Source of the DNA: Tagaea sp.
Lineage (GTDB): Bacteria > Pseudomonadota > Alphaproteobacteria > CACIAM-22H2
NCBI GenBank assembly: GCA_044224405.1
Contig: JBGAKN010000005.1
Coordinates: forward strand, 15,725-79,724
Direction of reading: 5' to 3'
Length of the DNA: 64,000 bases
This document shows positions 46,121 to 54,964 of this stretch, in pieces. The translations under genes and the position numbers were made by a program. How positions within the stretch are numbered: the stretch's first letter is position 1; every line of letters begins with the position of its first letter. Below the pieces are notes generated by a model. The model had not been told where the DNA came from. It was given only the letters and a program-made list of their open reading frames with translations, and searched no databases.

Positions 46121-46887
46121 TCCGGCTTCCGGGCGATCGCCAGCAGCATGTGCGCGACGGCGGTGCCCGGCACGAACGGCGTCAGCAGTCGGGCCACCGG
46201 CGGCGCGAACCGCCCGAGCCGACGCAGCGCGCGCTGAAGCCCGCTCGTCTTGCCGATCGGCCGGATCGATTCCACCTCGAAGCCGGCCATCGACAGTTCG
46301 CGAGCGAGCTCCCGCCGATTGAGCCGCCATTGGTAGAAGCGGAGATTCTGGCCGGCCGGCTCGGGGCCGGGATAGGCCGTGTCGGAAACGGCATGGCGCA
46401 GATTGTCGAACGGCACGGAGATCGCCAGCCGTCGCCCCGGGCGCAGCATACGCCACGCCTCGCGCAGGCAGGACTGCTGGCCATCCTCGAAATGCTCGAA
46501 CACGCCCCACGAGAAATAGAAATCGATGCTGGAGTCTGGCAGCCCCGTCGCGCGGATATCGCCCACGCGGAACGAAGCGCCGCCAAAGAGACGGTTGAGT
46601 TCGGCGACCGTTTCCTCGGCGATGTCGAGACCGATCGCCTCAAAGCCGCGACGGCGCATATGCTGTGTCCAAGCGCCGAGTCCGCATCCCCCGTCGAGAA
46701 CGCGCGCGCCGGCCGGCAGCGCGTCGAGGACATGCGCGATTCCCCGGTACTCCTCGCAGCGCGTGACGTCGGCGATCGCGTTCTCCGGCCCGCCTTCGCG
46801 CCGCCAAATCGCGGCCCAATGATCGGCGATGAAGCGTGTTTCGTCCCGATCTTCGCCCCGCCGGACGACCATGTGATCCTTGCGCAT
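46117..46887 (-). CDS. class I SAM-dependent methyltransferase
   Basis: Motif VLDGGCGLGAW is present. Confidence 0.6.
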   Translation of the reverse strand: MRKDHMVVRRGEDRDETRFIADHWAAIWRREGGPENAIADVTRCEEYRGIAHVLDALPAGARVLDGGCGLGAWTQHMRRRGFEAIGLDIAEETVAELNRLFGGASFRVGDIRATGLPDSSIDFYFSWGVFEHFEDGQQSCLREAWRMLRPGRRLAISVPFDNLRHAVSDTAYPGPEPAGQNLRFYQWRLNRRELARELSMAGFEVESIRPIGKTSGLQRALRRLGRFAPPVARLLTPFVPGTAVAHMLLAIARKPD

Positions 46888-46889
46888 CC

Positions 46890-47882
46890 CTACCTCCCGC
46901 GAAACCGCCAGCGCACGCGCGCGGCGGCAAGCAATCCTGGCCGTCGGGCCTCGAGACGGCCGGCCCGCCGCATATCGACAAGTTCGCGCGCGAAGGCGTC
47001 ATAGTCGTCGGCGATCGTGCCGATGCTAGGAACGCTTATCCCCGCATGGAACGTCTCGTACTCGCGCGCGACGCATTCCAAAAGGCCGGGGATCTCCGCG
47101 TGATCGGCGAACAGCAGCCCGCCCCCACCCATCAGCTCGGGATGCCCGCCATCGGCGCGCGCCACCGCCGGCAAGCCGATCGTGAGCGCCTCGATCAGGC
47201 TGTTCGAACACGGATCCTTGCGCGACGCCGTAAGAAAGACGTCGTGGGCGCCGAGCTCGGCGGCAAGTCCCGGCGAGTCCATTGGCGCAAGCGAGCGGAT
47301 GGACGCGAAACCGACAGGCGAGTTTCCCACGAATGTCATCTCGAAACGCGCGAAGTCGAGATTGCTGTCGAGCCACGAATAGGCGTCGAATCCCTTGTTC
47401 GGATTCGACGACCAGCTTGTCGCGATGACCCGCACACGTCCGGCCGGCAGCCGCGCCGCTCGGCGCCGGAACACATTCGGGTCGGCCGCATTGCCGATCA
47501 CCGCCTCAGGCCCGCTCGCCGCCCATCCGAGTTCGCGGTTCGCCTCGCGGCACCAGCGTGTCTGGAAAACCGTCGCGTCGGCGATGAGCGCGTTCGCCTC
47601 CATCGCCAACCCGTCGCGCGGATCGTCAGGCCGGTTGTAGAGGCGCATCGGACCATCGACCCGATGGACGAAGACCGCGTCCGGATTCGCCCGGCGCAGC
47701 GTCACGGCGGCAGGTACCTCCTGATAGCTGTTGAACAGCACGACATCGGCGCGCGCGCCGTCCGCCGCGATCTGGCCGCGACGGCCAAGTTCGCGTCCGA
47801 GCGCGCGCAGGAACTGATTGCCGCCGCCCGTCGGCGCGTCGGTCGTCGGAAACGCGATATGAAAGAGCGGTGGCTGACTCAT
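46890..47882 (-). CDS. glycosyltransferase family 4
   Basis: Start MSQPPLFHIAFP..GGGNQF and a C-terminal LIEALTIGLP segment. Confidence 0.55.
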   Translation of the reverse strand: MSQPPLFHIAFPTTDAPTGGGNQFLRALGRELGRRGQIAADGARADVVLFNSYQEVPAAVTLRRANPDAVFVHRVDGPMRLYNRPDDPRDGLAMEANALIADATVFQTRWCREANRELGWAASGPEAVIGNAADPNVFRRRAARLPAGRVRVIATSWSSNPNKGFDAYSWLDSNLDFARFEMTFVGNSPVGFASIRSLAPMDSPGLAAELGAHDVFLTASRKDPCSNSLIEALTIGLPAVARADGGHPELMGGGGLLFADHAEIPGLLECVAREYETFHAGISVPSIGTIADDYDAFARELVDMRRAGRLEARRPGLLAAARVRWRFRGR

Positions 47883-48625
47883 GGGCGGCGCAGCGTCAAC
47901 GCCTGCTGCGTGTGGATCGACCAGGAAGGTCGCCGCCAGAGGAATGGGTTGGCGCCGCGCGAAGCGGCGAGATTGACGGCAAGGCGCATGAGCCGGCCCC
48001 AACGGCTGCCCGAGGTGCGGTAGATCTCGAACCATATCGCGGGATGGGTCGCCCGGCTTGCGGCGACAGGGCCGAAATGTCGCTCGCAGAGCGCGGCGAA
48101 TTCCTCGCCGAACCACTCCTGCACGTGCATGGGATCGAACGGCCGTTCACTCACGCGCAGCGGCGTCGTTACCACCAGCGCGCCGCCGGGACGCACCAGG
48201 CGCCGCGCCTCGGCGAGAAGCCGTTCGGGCTGCCGCACGTGCTCGATGACGTCGGCCGATACGGCGGCGTCGAACGAGCCGTCCACCAGACCGGTCGCGT
48301 AGGCGTCCGAGACTTCGAAATCCCCTTCCCATCCGCGCTCGGCAAAGCAGCGCCGCGCGAGCGCGACGGCGTCCGCGCTGGGATCGATGCCCACGACGCG
48401 CGCGCCGAGCCGGCTGCGGATAAGGCCGGTAAGCGCGCCGTCGCCACAGCCGATGTCGAGAAGTCGCGCGCCCGGCCCCACGCCCGCCGCGCGCAGGCAA
48501 TCGATGGCGAGATCGTAGCGACCCATCGTATAGGCGTTGAGCGAACCCACCGGCCCTTCGATCTCGCGCCAGTGATAGGCACCTTTCTTCGCATACTTGT
48601 CGAAGGCGATTTCGGGCGCGTTCAA
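47879..48625 (-). CDS. class I SAM-dependent methyltransferase
   Basis: Motif LLDIGCGDGAL is present. A TTG start at 48625 overlaps the upstream TGA (TTGA); an alternative ATG start lies at 48526. Confidence 0.55.
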   Translation of the reverse strand: MNAPEIAFDKYAKKGAYHWREIEGPVGSLNAYTMGRYDLAIDCLRAAGVGPGARLLDIGCGDGALTGLIRSRLGARVVGIDPSADAVALARRCFAERGWEGDFEVSDAYATGLVDGSFDAAVSADVIEHVRQPERLLAEARRLVRPGGALVVTTPLRVSERPFDPMHVQEWFGEEFAALCERHFGPVAASRATHPAIWFEIYRTSGSRWGRLMRLAVNLAASRGANPFLWRRPSWSIHTQQALTLRRP

Positions 48626-49755
48626 GCGACTCTCCTGTCCGAACCGGGCATCGGCGTTTCGAGGATCGCGTCGAGCGCGTCGCCCATGCGATCGGAGTTG
48701 AAATGGGTCTCGACCAGCCGACGCGCCGTCCGGCCGACCGCGGCACGCCCTTCGTCGTCGCGAAGCGTCGCACGCACGCGTGCGCCGAGCGCGGCAGGAT
48801 CCTCCGGCGGGACGAGATAGCAGGACTCGCCGTCGCGCAGCCGCCCCCGGTCCCATAATCCTTCGATGTCGGAGATCAGGACCGGCCTGCCGCAAGCCAT
48901 CGCCTGCAGGCAGGCGCTCTGGCCAGATGGCTGGATCGTGGGGCGGATCGGCAGCACGACGAGTGCTGCCCCGCGATAGAGATCGCGGACCTGCTCGTCG
49001 CTCAGCGCACCGGCATGCCAATCGCCGCGCAGATGCTCGACATTGGCCGGGAGCGCCGGAAGCCGATGATTCGTGACGATCCGCAGATTCGGAAGGTCGG
49101 GGCCCCAAGCCGCGATCAAGGTGGACCAGTCGCGCTGGAGATCATTTCCGATTGCCAGAACATATGGCGCGCCGGCCGTCGCGCCGGGTTCCGCCGGCGA
49201 CCAGAAGCGCGCGTCGACGCCGAAAGGTATGTCGCTCACGCCCGGATGCCCCGGAAGACGTGCGCGAAGGAAACCCGCTTCGGCCGTCGACAGGGTGACG
49301 ATTTCGGCATGCCGCAACAGCATGGCGAACAAGGCACGCTGCGGCTGCGGCAGGCTGTCAGCGAGAATTCCCATGGCTATGACGACGACGCGCGCGTCGA
49401 GCCGGCCTGTCGCCTTCAGCGTCGCGAGCGCATAGGCGATTCCCGTCGTCGTCGCGACGACTGTCCCCGCCGCCTCCAGCCGCGCCCGCACGGCACGAGC
49501 GGAGAAATGCGACGCGATGATGCTCGGGAAACCAGGCAGCACGGCTGCGATCGGCGCACGCGCGACTCGCCACGCCCAGCCGCGCGCCGCGCCGACGCTT
49601 TGCGCGCCGGCCAGTCGGGCGACGTCGTCGGCATCGAGCACATCGACATGGCGGCCGAGCCGCGCGAGTCGCGCGGCACCGTAGAAGAATTCGTCTGGCC
49701 CCGCCGGACGCTCGGGCGTCCCGCGCCGGCCGGACTTGTAGAGGAAGAGCGTCAT
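48622..49755 (-). CDS. glycosyltransferase family 4 / GT-B
   Basis: C-terminal GT-B EX7E-like region (SGQSACLQAMACGRPVLISD). Confidence 0.55.
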   Translation of the reverse strand: MTLFLYKSGRRGTPERPAGPDEFFYGAARLARLGRHVDVLDADDVARLAGAQSVGAARGWAWRVARAPIAAVLPGFPSIIASHFSARAVRARLEAAGTVVATTTGIAYALATLKATGRLDARVVVIAMGILADSLPQPQRALFAMLLRHAEIVTLSTAEAGFLRARLPGHPGVSDIPFGVDARFWSPAEPGATAGAPYVLAIGNDLQRDWSTLIAAWGPDLPNLRIVTNHRLPALPANVEHLRGDWHAGALSDEQVRDLYRGAALVVLPIRPTIQPSGQSACLQAMACGRPVLISDIEGLWDRGRLRDGESCYLVPPEDPAALGARVRATLRDDEGRAAVGRTARRLVETHFNSDRMGDALDAILETPMPGSDRRVA

Positions 49756-49782
49756 CTCCTCACTGCGGCCGTCAGGCCTCTC

Positions 49783-50928
49783 CTAGCCGGCGAGGGCCGC
49801 GCGCAGCGCGCCCGCAACCCGGTCGATTTCGGCGTCCTCGAGATAAGCGTGCATCGGCAGGCTCAGCACTTCCTGCGACAGCCGATCGCTGACGGGCAAG
49901 CCGTTTCCCGCGACCGGATAGTGCGCGTACGCCGTCTGCCGGTGCATCGGCCGCATGTAATAGATCGCTGTCGGGATTCCCGCCTTCTTCAACGTCTCGA
50001 CGGCATGCGCGCGGCGTTCGGATGCAACGCGTACCGTGTACTGCGCCCAGGTCGATACACAGCCTTCGGCGACCTTCGGCACGACGCAGCAATCACCGAG
50101 GGCTGCGCCATAACGCGCCGCAACGCGCTGGCGCATGACGATCTCGTCCTCGAATATCGCGAGCTTGTGCAACAGAACGGCGGCCTGCAGGGTGTCGAGG
50201 CGCCCGTTCATGCCGATGCGGACATTGTCGTATTTGTCCTCACCTTGGCCGTGGACACGAATGCTTTCGAGCACCGCACGCTGTTCGGCATCGTGGATGA
50301 AGATCGCGCCGCCATCCCCGTAGCAGCCGAGCGGCTTGGCCGGGAAGAAGCTCGTTGCCGCGAAGTCGCCCAATCCACCCACGCGACGGCCCTTGTAGGT
50401 ACCGCCGAAGCCCTGCGCGCAATCCGCCAGCAGCCACATCGAATTGGCCCGCGTAATCGGCAGAAGCGCATCGTAATCGACCGGATGCCCGAAAAGATCG
50501 ACGGAGATCACGCCTACCGGACGCAGACCGAGCTTGCGCGCGGTGGCGATGCCCGCCTCCAGCGAGGTCGGGCTCATGCAAAAAGATGCTTCATCTACAT
50601 CGACGAAAACGGGCGTGGCGTTCAGCCATGCGGCGACTTCGCCTGTCGCAGCGAAGGTGAAGGAAGGAACCAGCACCGCGTCGCCCGGCCCGATCCCCTT
50701 CATCATCAGGAGCATGCCAAGCGCATCGGTGCCATTCGCACAGGCAAGCGCGTGGGGCGCCCCGCAGAATGCCGCGAGCTTCGACTCGAGTTCGCCCACT
50801 TCCCTGCCGAGGATATACTGGCCCGACCGCACAACATCGATGATCGACTTCTCGAGCGCGGCTCCAAGCCTTGCGCGCTGCCGGTGCAGGTCGATGAACG
50901 GCATCGGTCCGTTCGAGATTGCGTTCAT
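49783..50928 (-). CDS. DegT/DnrJ/EryC1/StrS-family sugar aminotransferase
   Basis: Family similarity. The PLP Lys region is SFFPAKPLG. Confidence 0.7.
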   Translation of the reverse strand: MNAISNGPMPFIDLHRQRARLGAALEKSIIDVVRSGQYILGREVGELESKLAAFCGAPHALACANGTDALGMLLMMKGIGPGDAVLVPSFTFAATGEVAAWLNATPVFVDVDEASFCMSPTSLEAGIATARKLGLRPVGVISVDLFGHPVDYDALLPITRANSMWLLADCAQGFGGTYKGRRVGGLGDFAATSFFPAKPLGCYGDGGAIFIHDAEQRAVLESIRVHGQGEDKYDNVRIGMNGRLDTLQAAVLLHKLAIFEDEIVMRQRVAARYGAALGDCCVVPKVAEGCVSTWAQYTVRVASERRAHAVETLKKAGIPTAIYYMRPMHRQTAYAHYPVAGNGLPVSDRLSQEVLSLPMHAYLEDAEIDRVAGALRAALAG

Positions 50929-50967
50929 GGTCGGTATGCTTTCGGGTCGGGTGTTGATGCGGCCGCT

Positions 50968-51468
50968 TCAGGCGGGAACGACAGTGTCACGAGGCAGGCG
51001 CATTCGGACTTCGCGGCCCAGCAGTTCGAGAAGCAGGACGACGCGCTCGCCGTCGGCGGCCGACTGAAGACGGCCAACGAGATCGGCGAACGGTCCCTTC
51101 AGGATGCGGACCGGGTCGCCGATGCGCGCGCCCGAAAGCTGGTCAGTCGCATCGAAGGCGCGTCCGGACTCGCCCGCGCGGATTTCCTCGATCACGCCCT
51201 CGGGCAGGGGCGTCGGCACGTCACCGTTGCGCACCAGGTCGCACACGCCGAAAGTCGACAGGATCGGGCGCCAGCGCGTGAACATGGTATCGAGCGCGAC
51301 GAACAGGTAACGCGGGAAAAGCGGGCGCTCGACGACGTCTGTCTTGCGCGCGTGCGTGCGGCGCCGACGGTAGCGCGGAAGATAGACTTCGTACCCCTGG
51401 CGCAGCAGATTCGCGCGCGCGCGTGATTCCCCGTTGGGCTGGGTATAGACGACGTACCAGCCGCTCAC
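50968..51468 (-). CDS. NusG-family transcription antiterminator paralog (RfaH/UpxY-like)
   Basis: NGN domain (WYVVYTQPNGESRA..L...GYEVYLP) and a C-terminal KOW motif (GDPVRILKGPFADLVGRL). Confidence 0.65.
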   Translation of the reverse strand: MSGWYVVYTQPNGESRARANLLRQGYEVYLPRYRRRRTHARKTDVVERPLFPRYLFVALDTMFTRWRPILSTFGVCDLVRNGDVPTPLPEGVIEEIRAGESGRAFDATDQLSGARIGDPVRILKGPFADLVGRLQSAADGERVVLLLELLGREVRMRLPRDTVVPA

Positions 51469-52133
51469 GTGATTTCCGCCGCGCGGCGCGCGGCCCTCTG
51501 GCCCAGACGGAGAAGCGCCGGCGCCACGATGTCGGCCGGATCGAAGCCCAGGCGCGTGGCCGACGACAGCGCGGCTTCATAGACGCCCAGCGGATCGCGC
51601 ATGTCGCAAACGGCGAGCGCGTCGGCATGGCCGGCGAACCCATCCGCGTCGACGGCCACGGGCAACCCCAGGAAGCCTTCGCCCGCGCGAGCCGCATCGA
51701 CGATGCCGACGACTTCTATACCCACCTCGCGTGCGGACAGCGTGGCCGCTTCCGATAGCTCGGAAACGCCGAGCAGGACGACGCGGCTGCGCCCCCCGGC
51801 ACGCAGCGTCTGGAAAAGCGTGCTGTACTGGCTGCGCGCGTCGCGAAACAGGTCGAAAGAAAAGCGCAGGTACTCGACGGTCAGTCGGCTTTTTTCAGCG
51901 AATCCCGACGGCGTCAGGTAGTAGGCATACCTGTTAAGCGGTGCGGTCGAGATCTTGATCAGCCCTTTGCGCACGCAGCGCCGCAGCACCGCGTTAGCGA
52001 GGCCGAGCGCGATGCCGAGCTGACTCGACAGGCCGCGCTGGGTGACACGCGCATCGCCCTCGACGACGGAAAGTACGTCGAGCAGAAGCGTGGTGTCTTC
52101 CCGGTCGATCTTCGAGCTCTGGACGTCGGCCAT
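51465..52133 (-). CDS. winged-helix transcriptional regulator with a C-terminal CoA-binding/Rossmann-like domain
   Basis: N-terminal wHTH (RVTQRGLSSQLGIALGLANAVLRRCVRKGLI) and C-terminal RVVLLGVSE...GIEVVGIVD resembling the N-terminal domains of WbaP/CapD-type proteins. It overlaps the NusG paralog start by 4 nt. Confidence 0.4.
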   Translation of the reverse strand: MADVQSSKIDREDTTLLLDVLSVVEGDARVTQRGLSSQLGIALGLANAVLRRCVRKGLIKISTAPLNRYAYYLTPSGFAEKSRLTVEYLRFSFDLFRDARSQYSTLFQTLRAGGRSRVVLLGVSELSEAATLSAREVGIEVVGIVDAARAGEGFLGLPVAVDADGFAGHADALAVCDMRDPLGVYEAALSSATRLGFDPADIVAPALLRLGQRAARRAAEIT

Positions 52134-52207
52134 GGGCAGGGTTCGGAAAGTTTCGGAGCGCGGTCCGGCGATTCGAGTTGATTGCATTGTCCCGAATGTT
52201 CTAGCTT

Positions 52208-52222
52208 GTTCACGATGTGAAC
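52208..52222. promoter_or_regulatory. perfect palindrome GTTCAC-gat-GTGAAC, candidate operator in a divergent promoter
   Basis: Lies between the regulator/NusG operon (minus) and asnB (plus). The half-sites are identical to those at 44026-44040. Confidence 0.4.
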
Positions 52223-52308
52223 GTCAACCGTTGTTAGCCTCCGGTTTTTTCTGACATATCAACCCATTATGCTCACCCCTGCGACATCGAACCAGAACCG
52301 GAGCGCCC

Positions 52309-54222
52309 ATGTGCGGCATTGCCGGCCTCGTTGACCGCCGCCGTCGGCTGACCGACGAGCGCCTGCGCGGGACGGTCGCGGCGATGACAGACGCCATCGC
52401 CCATCGCGGCCCCGACGGCGACGGGCTCTGGGCCGATGCGGAGGCCGGAGTAGGCTTCGGTCACCGGCGCCTGGCGATCATCGACGTGTCCCCGCTTGGC
52501 GCACAACCGATGCAATCGGCCTGCGGGCGCTACGTCGCGACCTATAACGGCGAGATCTACAATTTCGCCGAACTGCGCGCGGACCTCGCCGCCGCCGGCG
52601 TTTCCTTCCGCGGCGGTTCCGATACCGAAGTGGTCCTCGAAGGTTTCGTCCGCTGGGGTGTCGAGGCGACGATCGCGCGATGCGTAGGCATGTTCGCCTT
52701 CGCGCTGTGGGATCGCAAGACGCGCACGCTGCGCCTGATCCGCGACCGCATGGGCGTCAAGCCGCTCTACTATGCCCATTTCGACACGCGCCTTCTGTTC
52801 GGCTCCGAGCTGAAGGCACTGCGCGCCGTCGCCGACTGGCAGCCGACGCTCGACCGCGATGCACTTGTCGGCTACGTGCGACACGGCTACGTCGCGGCGC
52901 CGAACACGATCTATGCCCAGGCGAAAAAGCTGCCCCCCGGCCATATCCTGACGTGGGAAGAAGGCAGCGAACCGCAGATAGCGCCCTACTGGGACGCGCG
53001 CGAGGCGGCCCTGCGCGGCCGCGCGCGCTGGGAAGAGGCCATCGATCCGGCCGAAACGCTCGACCGGCTTGAGACATTGCTCAAGGACGCGGTCGCCAAG
53101 CGCATGGTCTCCGACGTTCCGCTCGGCGCGTTCCTGTCGGGCGGCATCGATTCGTCACTCGTCGTCGCGCTGATGCAGGCGCAGAGCACGCGTCCGGTAA
53201 AAACCTTCACGATTGGCTTCGAAGAGGCCGGCTACGACGAGGCGACGCACGCCAAGGCCGTCGCCGCGCATCTCGGCACCGAGCACACGGAACTCTACGT
53301 CGAGCCGCGCCACGCGCTCGACGTGGTGCCGAAGCTCGCCGACATGTACGACGAGCCGTTCGCCGACTCGTCGCAGATTCCCACGTTCCTCGTCTCGCAG
53401 ATGACGCGCCGGCACGTGACCGTCGCGCTGTCGGGTGACGGCGGCGACGAGCTGTTCGCGGGCTACAACCGCTATGTCTGGGCCGAAACGCTTTGGTCGT
53501 GGATCGCGAAGGCTCCGACACCGCTACGCCGCATGGCCGCGGCGGCAGCCGAGCGCGTGCCCGGTGGTCTCGCGCGCCTGCTTCCCGTCGTCCGTCCGCA
53601 CGAGAAGCTCGCCAAGCTCGCCGAGATCCTGCGCCTTGACGGCATCGACGCTGTCTATCGTCGGCTGGTCAGCCAATGGCCCGAGCCAGCGGCGCTGGCA
53701 CGCACCGGCCGCGAGCCGCACAGGCCACTATTCGACGGAAGCCTCGCTGCCGCCTGCCCCGAGCCTGTCGCGCGCATGCAGCTGGTCGATACGCTCACCT
53801 ACCTGCCCGACGATATCCTCGCCAAGGTCGACCGCGCGACGATGGCAGTCGGGCTCGAAGGACGCGAACCGCTGCTCGACCACCGACTCTACGAGTTCGC
53901 GTGGACACTGCCGCCGTCGTTCAAGCTGAACGCGGGTGAAGGCAAGTGGCCGCTGCGCCGCGTACTCGAGCGCTACGTGCCGCGCGCGCTGTTCGAGCGG
54001 CCGAAGATGGGATTCGGCGTGCCGATCGATGCCTGGCTGCGCGGTCCGTTGCGCGACTGGGCGGAAGATTTGCTCGACGCCGGGACGCTTGCGGCCGACG
54101 GGCTGTTCGATCCGGCCCCCGTGCGCGCGGCATGGGATGCGCATCTGGCCGGCAAGCGCGAGATGCACTACCCGCTGTGGGTCGTGCTGATGTTCCAGTC
54201 CTGGAAGCGGCGCTGGGCCTAG
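52309..54222 (+). CDS. asnB: asparagine synthase (glutamine-hydrolysing) family amidotransferase (WbpS-like)
   Basis: N-terminal MCGIAG Ntn nucleophile, a PP-loop SGGIDSS and 637-aa length. Confidence 0.85.
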   Translation: MCGIAGLVDRRRRLTDERLRGTVAAMTDAIAHRGPDGDGLWADAEAGVGFGHRRLAIIDVSPLGAQPMQSACGRYVATYNGEIYNFAELRADLAAAGVSFRGGSDTEVVLEGFVRWGVEATIARCVGMFAFALWDRKTRTLRLIRDRMGVKPLYYAHFDTRLLFGSELKALRAVADWQPTLDRDALVGYVRHGYVAAPNTIYAQAKKLPPGHILTWEEGSEPQIAPYWDAREAALRGRARWEEAIDPAETLDRLETLLKDAVAKRMVSDVPLGAFLSGGIDSSLVVALMQAQSTRPVKTFTIGFEEAGYDEATHAKAVAAHLGTEHTELYVEPRHALDVVPKLADMYDEPFADSSQIPTFLVSQMTRRHVTVALSGDGGDELFAGYNRYVWAETLWSWIAKAPTPLRRMAAAAAERVPGGLARLLPVVRPHEKLAKLAEILRLDGIDAVYRRLVSQWPEPAALARTGREPHRPLFDGSLAAACPEPVARMQLVDTLTYLPDDILAKVDRATMAVGLEGREPLLDHRLYEFAWTLPPSFKLNAGEGKWPLRRVLERYVPRALFERPKMGFGVPIDAWLRGPLRDWAEDLLDAGTLAADGLFDPAPVRAAWDAHLAGKREMHYPLWVVLMFQSWKRRWA

Positions 54223-54226
54223 GCCG

Positions 54227-54958
54227 TCAGCCGACCGAACGCACGACCAGGGCCACTTGCTGGTGCGAGAACGCGAAATAGTCGGCGATGACGCCCGCCC
54301 GTTCGGCGAACTCGCGCCATGCTTTGTGCTCGCCCTGGCGCCAGCCGCGATAGCCGAAATATTCGTCGAAGACGATCACCGTACCCGGCACGATACGCGA
54401 GCCGATCTCGGCAAGCGCGGCGCGCGCCGCGGGATACGTGTCGCAGTCGATATGCACGAAGGCGAACGGGCCCGGGTTCTCCGACAGGAACCCGGGAAGC
54501 GTCGCGTCGAACCAGCCTTTGACCAGCGTCACGTTCGGCCCGACGGGCGGCAGCGTGCCGCCACGGTCGAACGTGCCCTTCGGGCAGCCGGCGCCCGCCC
54601 AGTCCTCCTGAAGCCCTTCGAAGCTGTCGAACCCGAAGATGCGTCGCGCGCCGAGCCGCCGCGCGAAATGATTGATCGACTGGCCGTTCCACACGCCGAA
54701 CTCGGCACACAGGCCCTGGATCGGCGCGCGGGCGAGCGCGAAATCCCACAACGCCTCGCGCGACTTGAACGTCAGCGCGCCGGACATGTGCGCGGCCGCA
54801 TAGTCGGCGCTGTCGGCGATCGATCTTTGATGCAGTTCATCGACGACCGAGTGGCCGGTCGCCGTACGCATCTTCAGAAACGCGACCAGCGGCACGAGCG
54901 TGCGGTCCAGCACGCGTACGACCATTGACCGAAATCCGCCACCACCGATCTGTGCCAT
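54227..54958 (-). CDS. TylF/MycF-family O-methyltransferase
   Basis: Motifs LCAEFGVWNGQS and FVHIDCDTY are present. Confidence 0.55.
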   Translation of the reverse strand: MAQIGGGGFRSMVVRVLDRTLVPLVAFLKMRTATGHSVVDELHQRSIADSADYAAAHMSGALTFKSREALWDFALARAPIQGLCAEFGVWNGQSINHFARRLGARRIFGFDSFEGLQEDWAGAGCPKGTFDRGGTLPPVGPNVTLVKGWFDATLPGFLSENPGPFAFVHIDCDTYPAARAALAEIGSRIVPGTVIVFDEYFGYRGWRQGEHKAWREFAERAGVIADYFAFSHQQVALVVRSVG

Positions 54959-54964
54959 CGTCCC

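Noticed and set aside
45139-47004. 621-aa plus-strand ORF overlapping the 45179-46120 ORF in another frame and running antisense through the 46117-46887 methyltransferase
   Set aside because: The translation is Arg/Pro-rich with no domain signatures. The in-frame alternative (45179-46120) and the minus-strand MTase both show recognisable family motifs.
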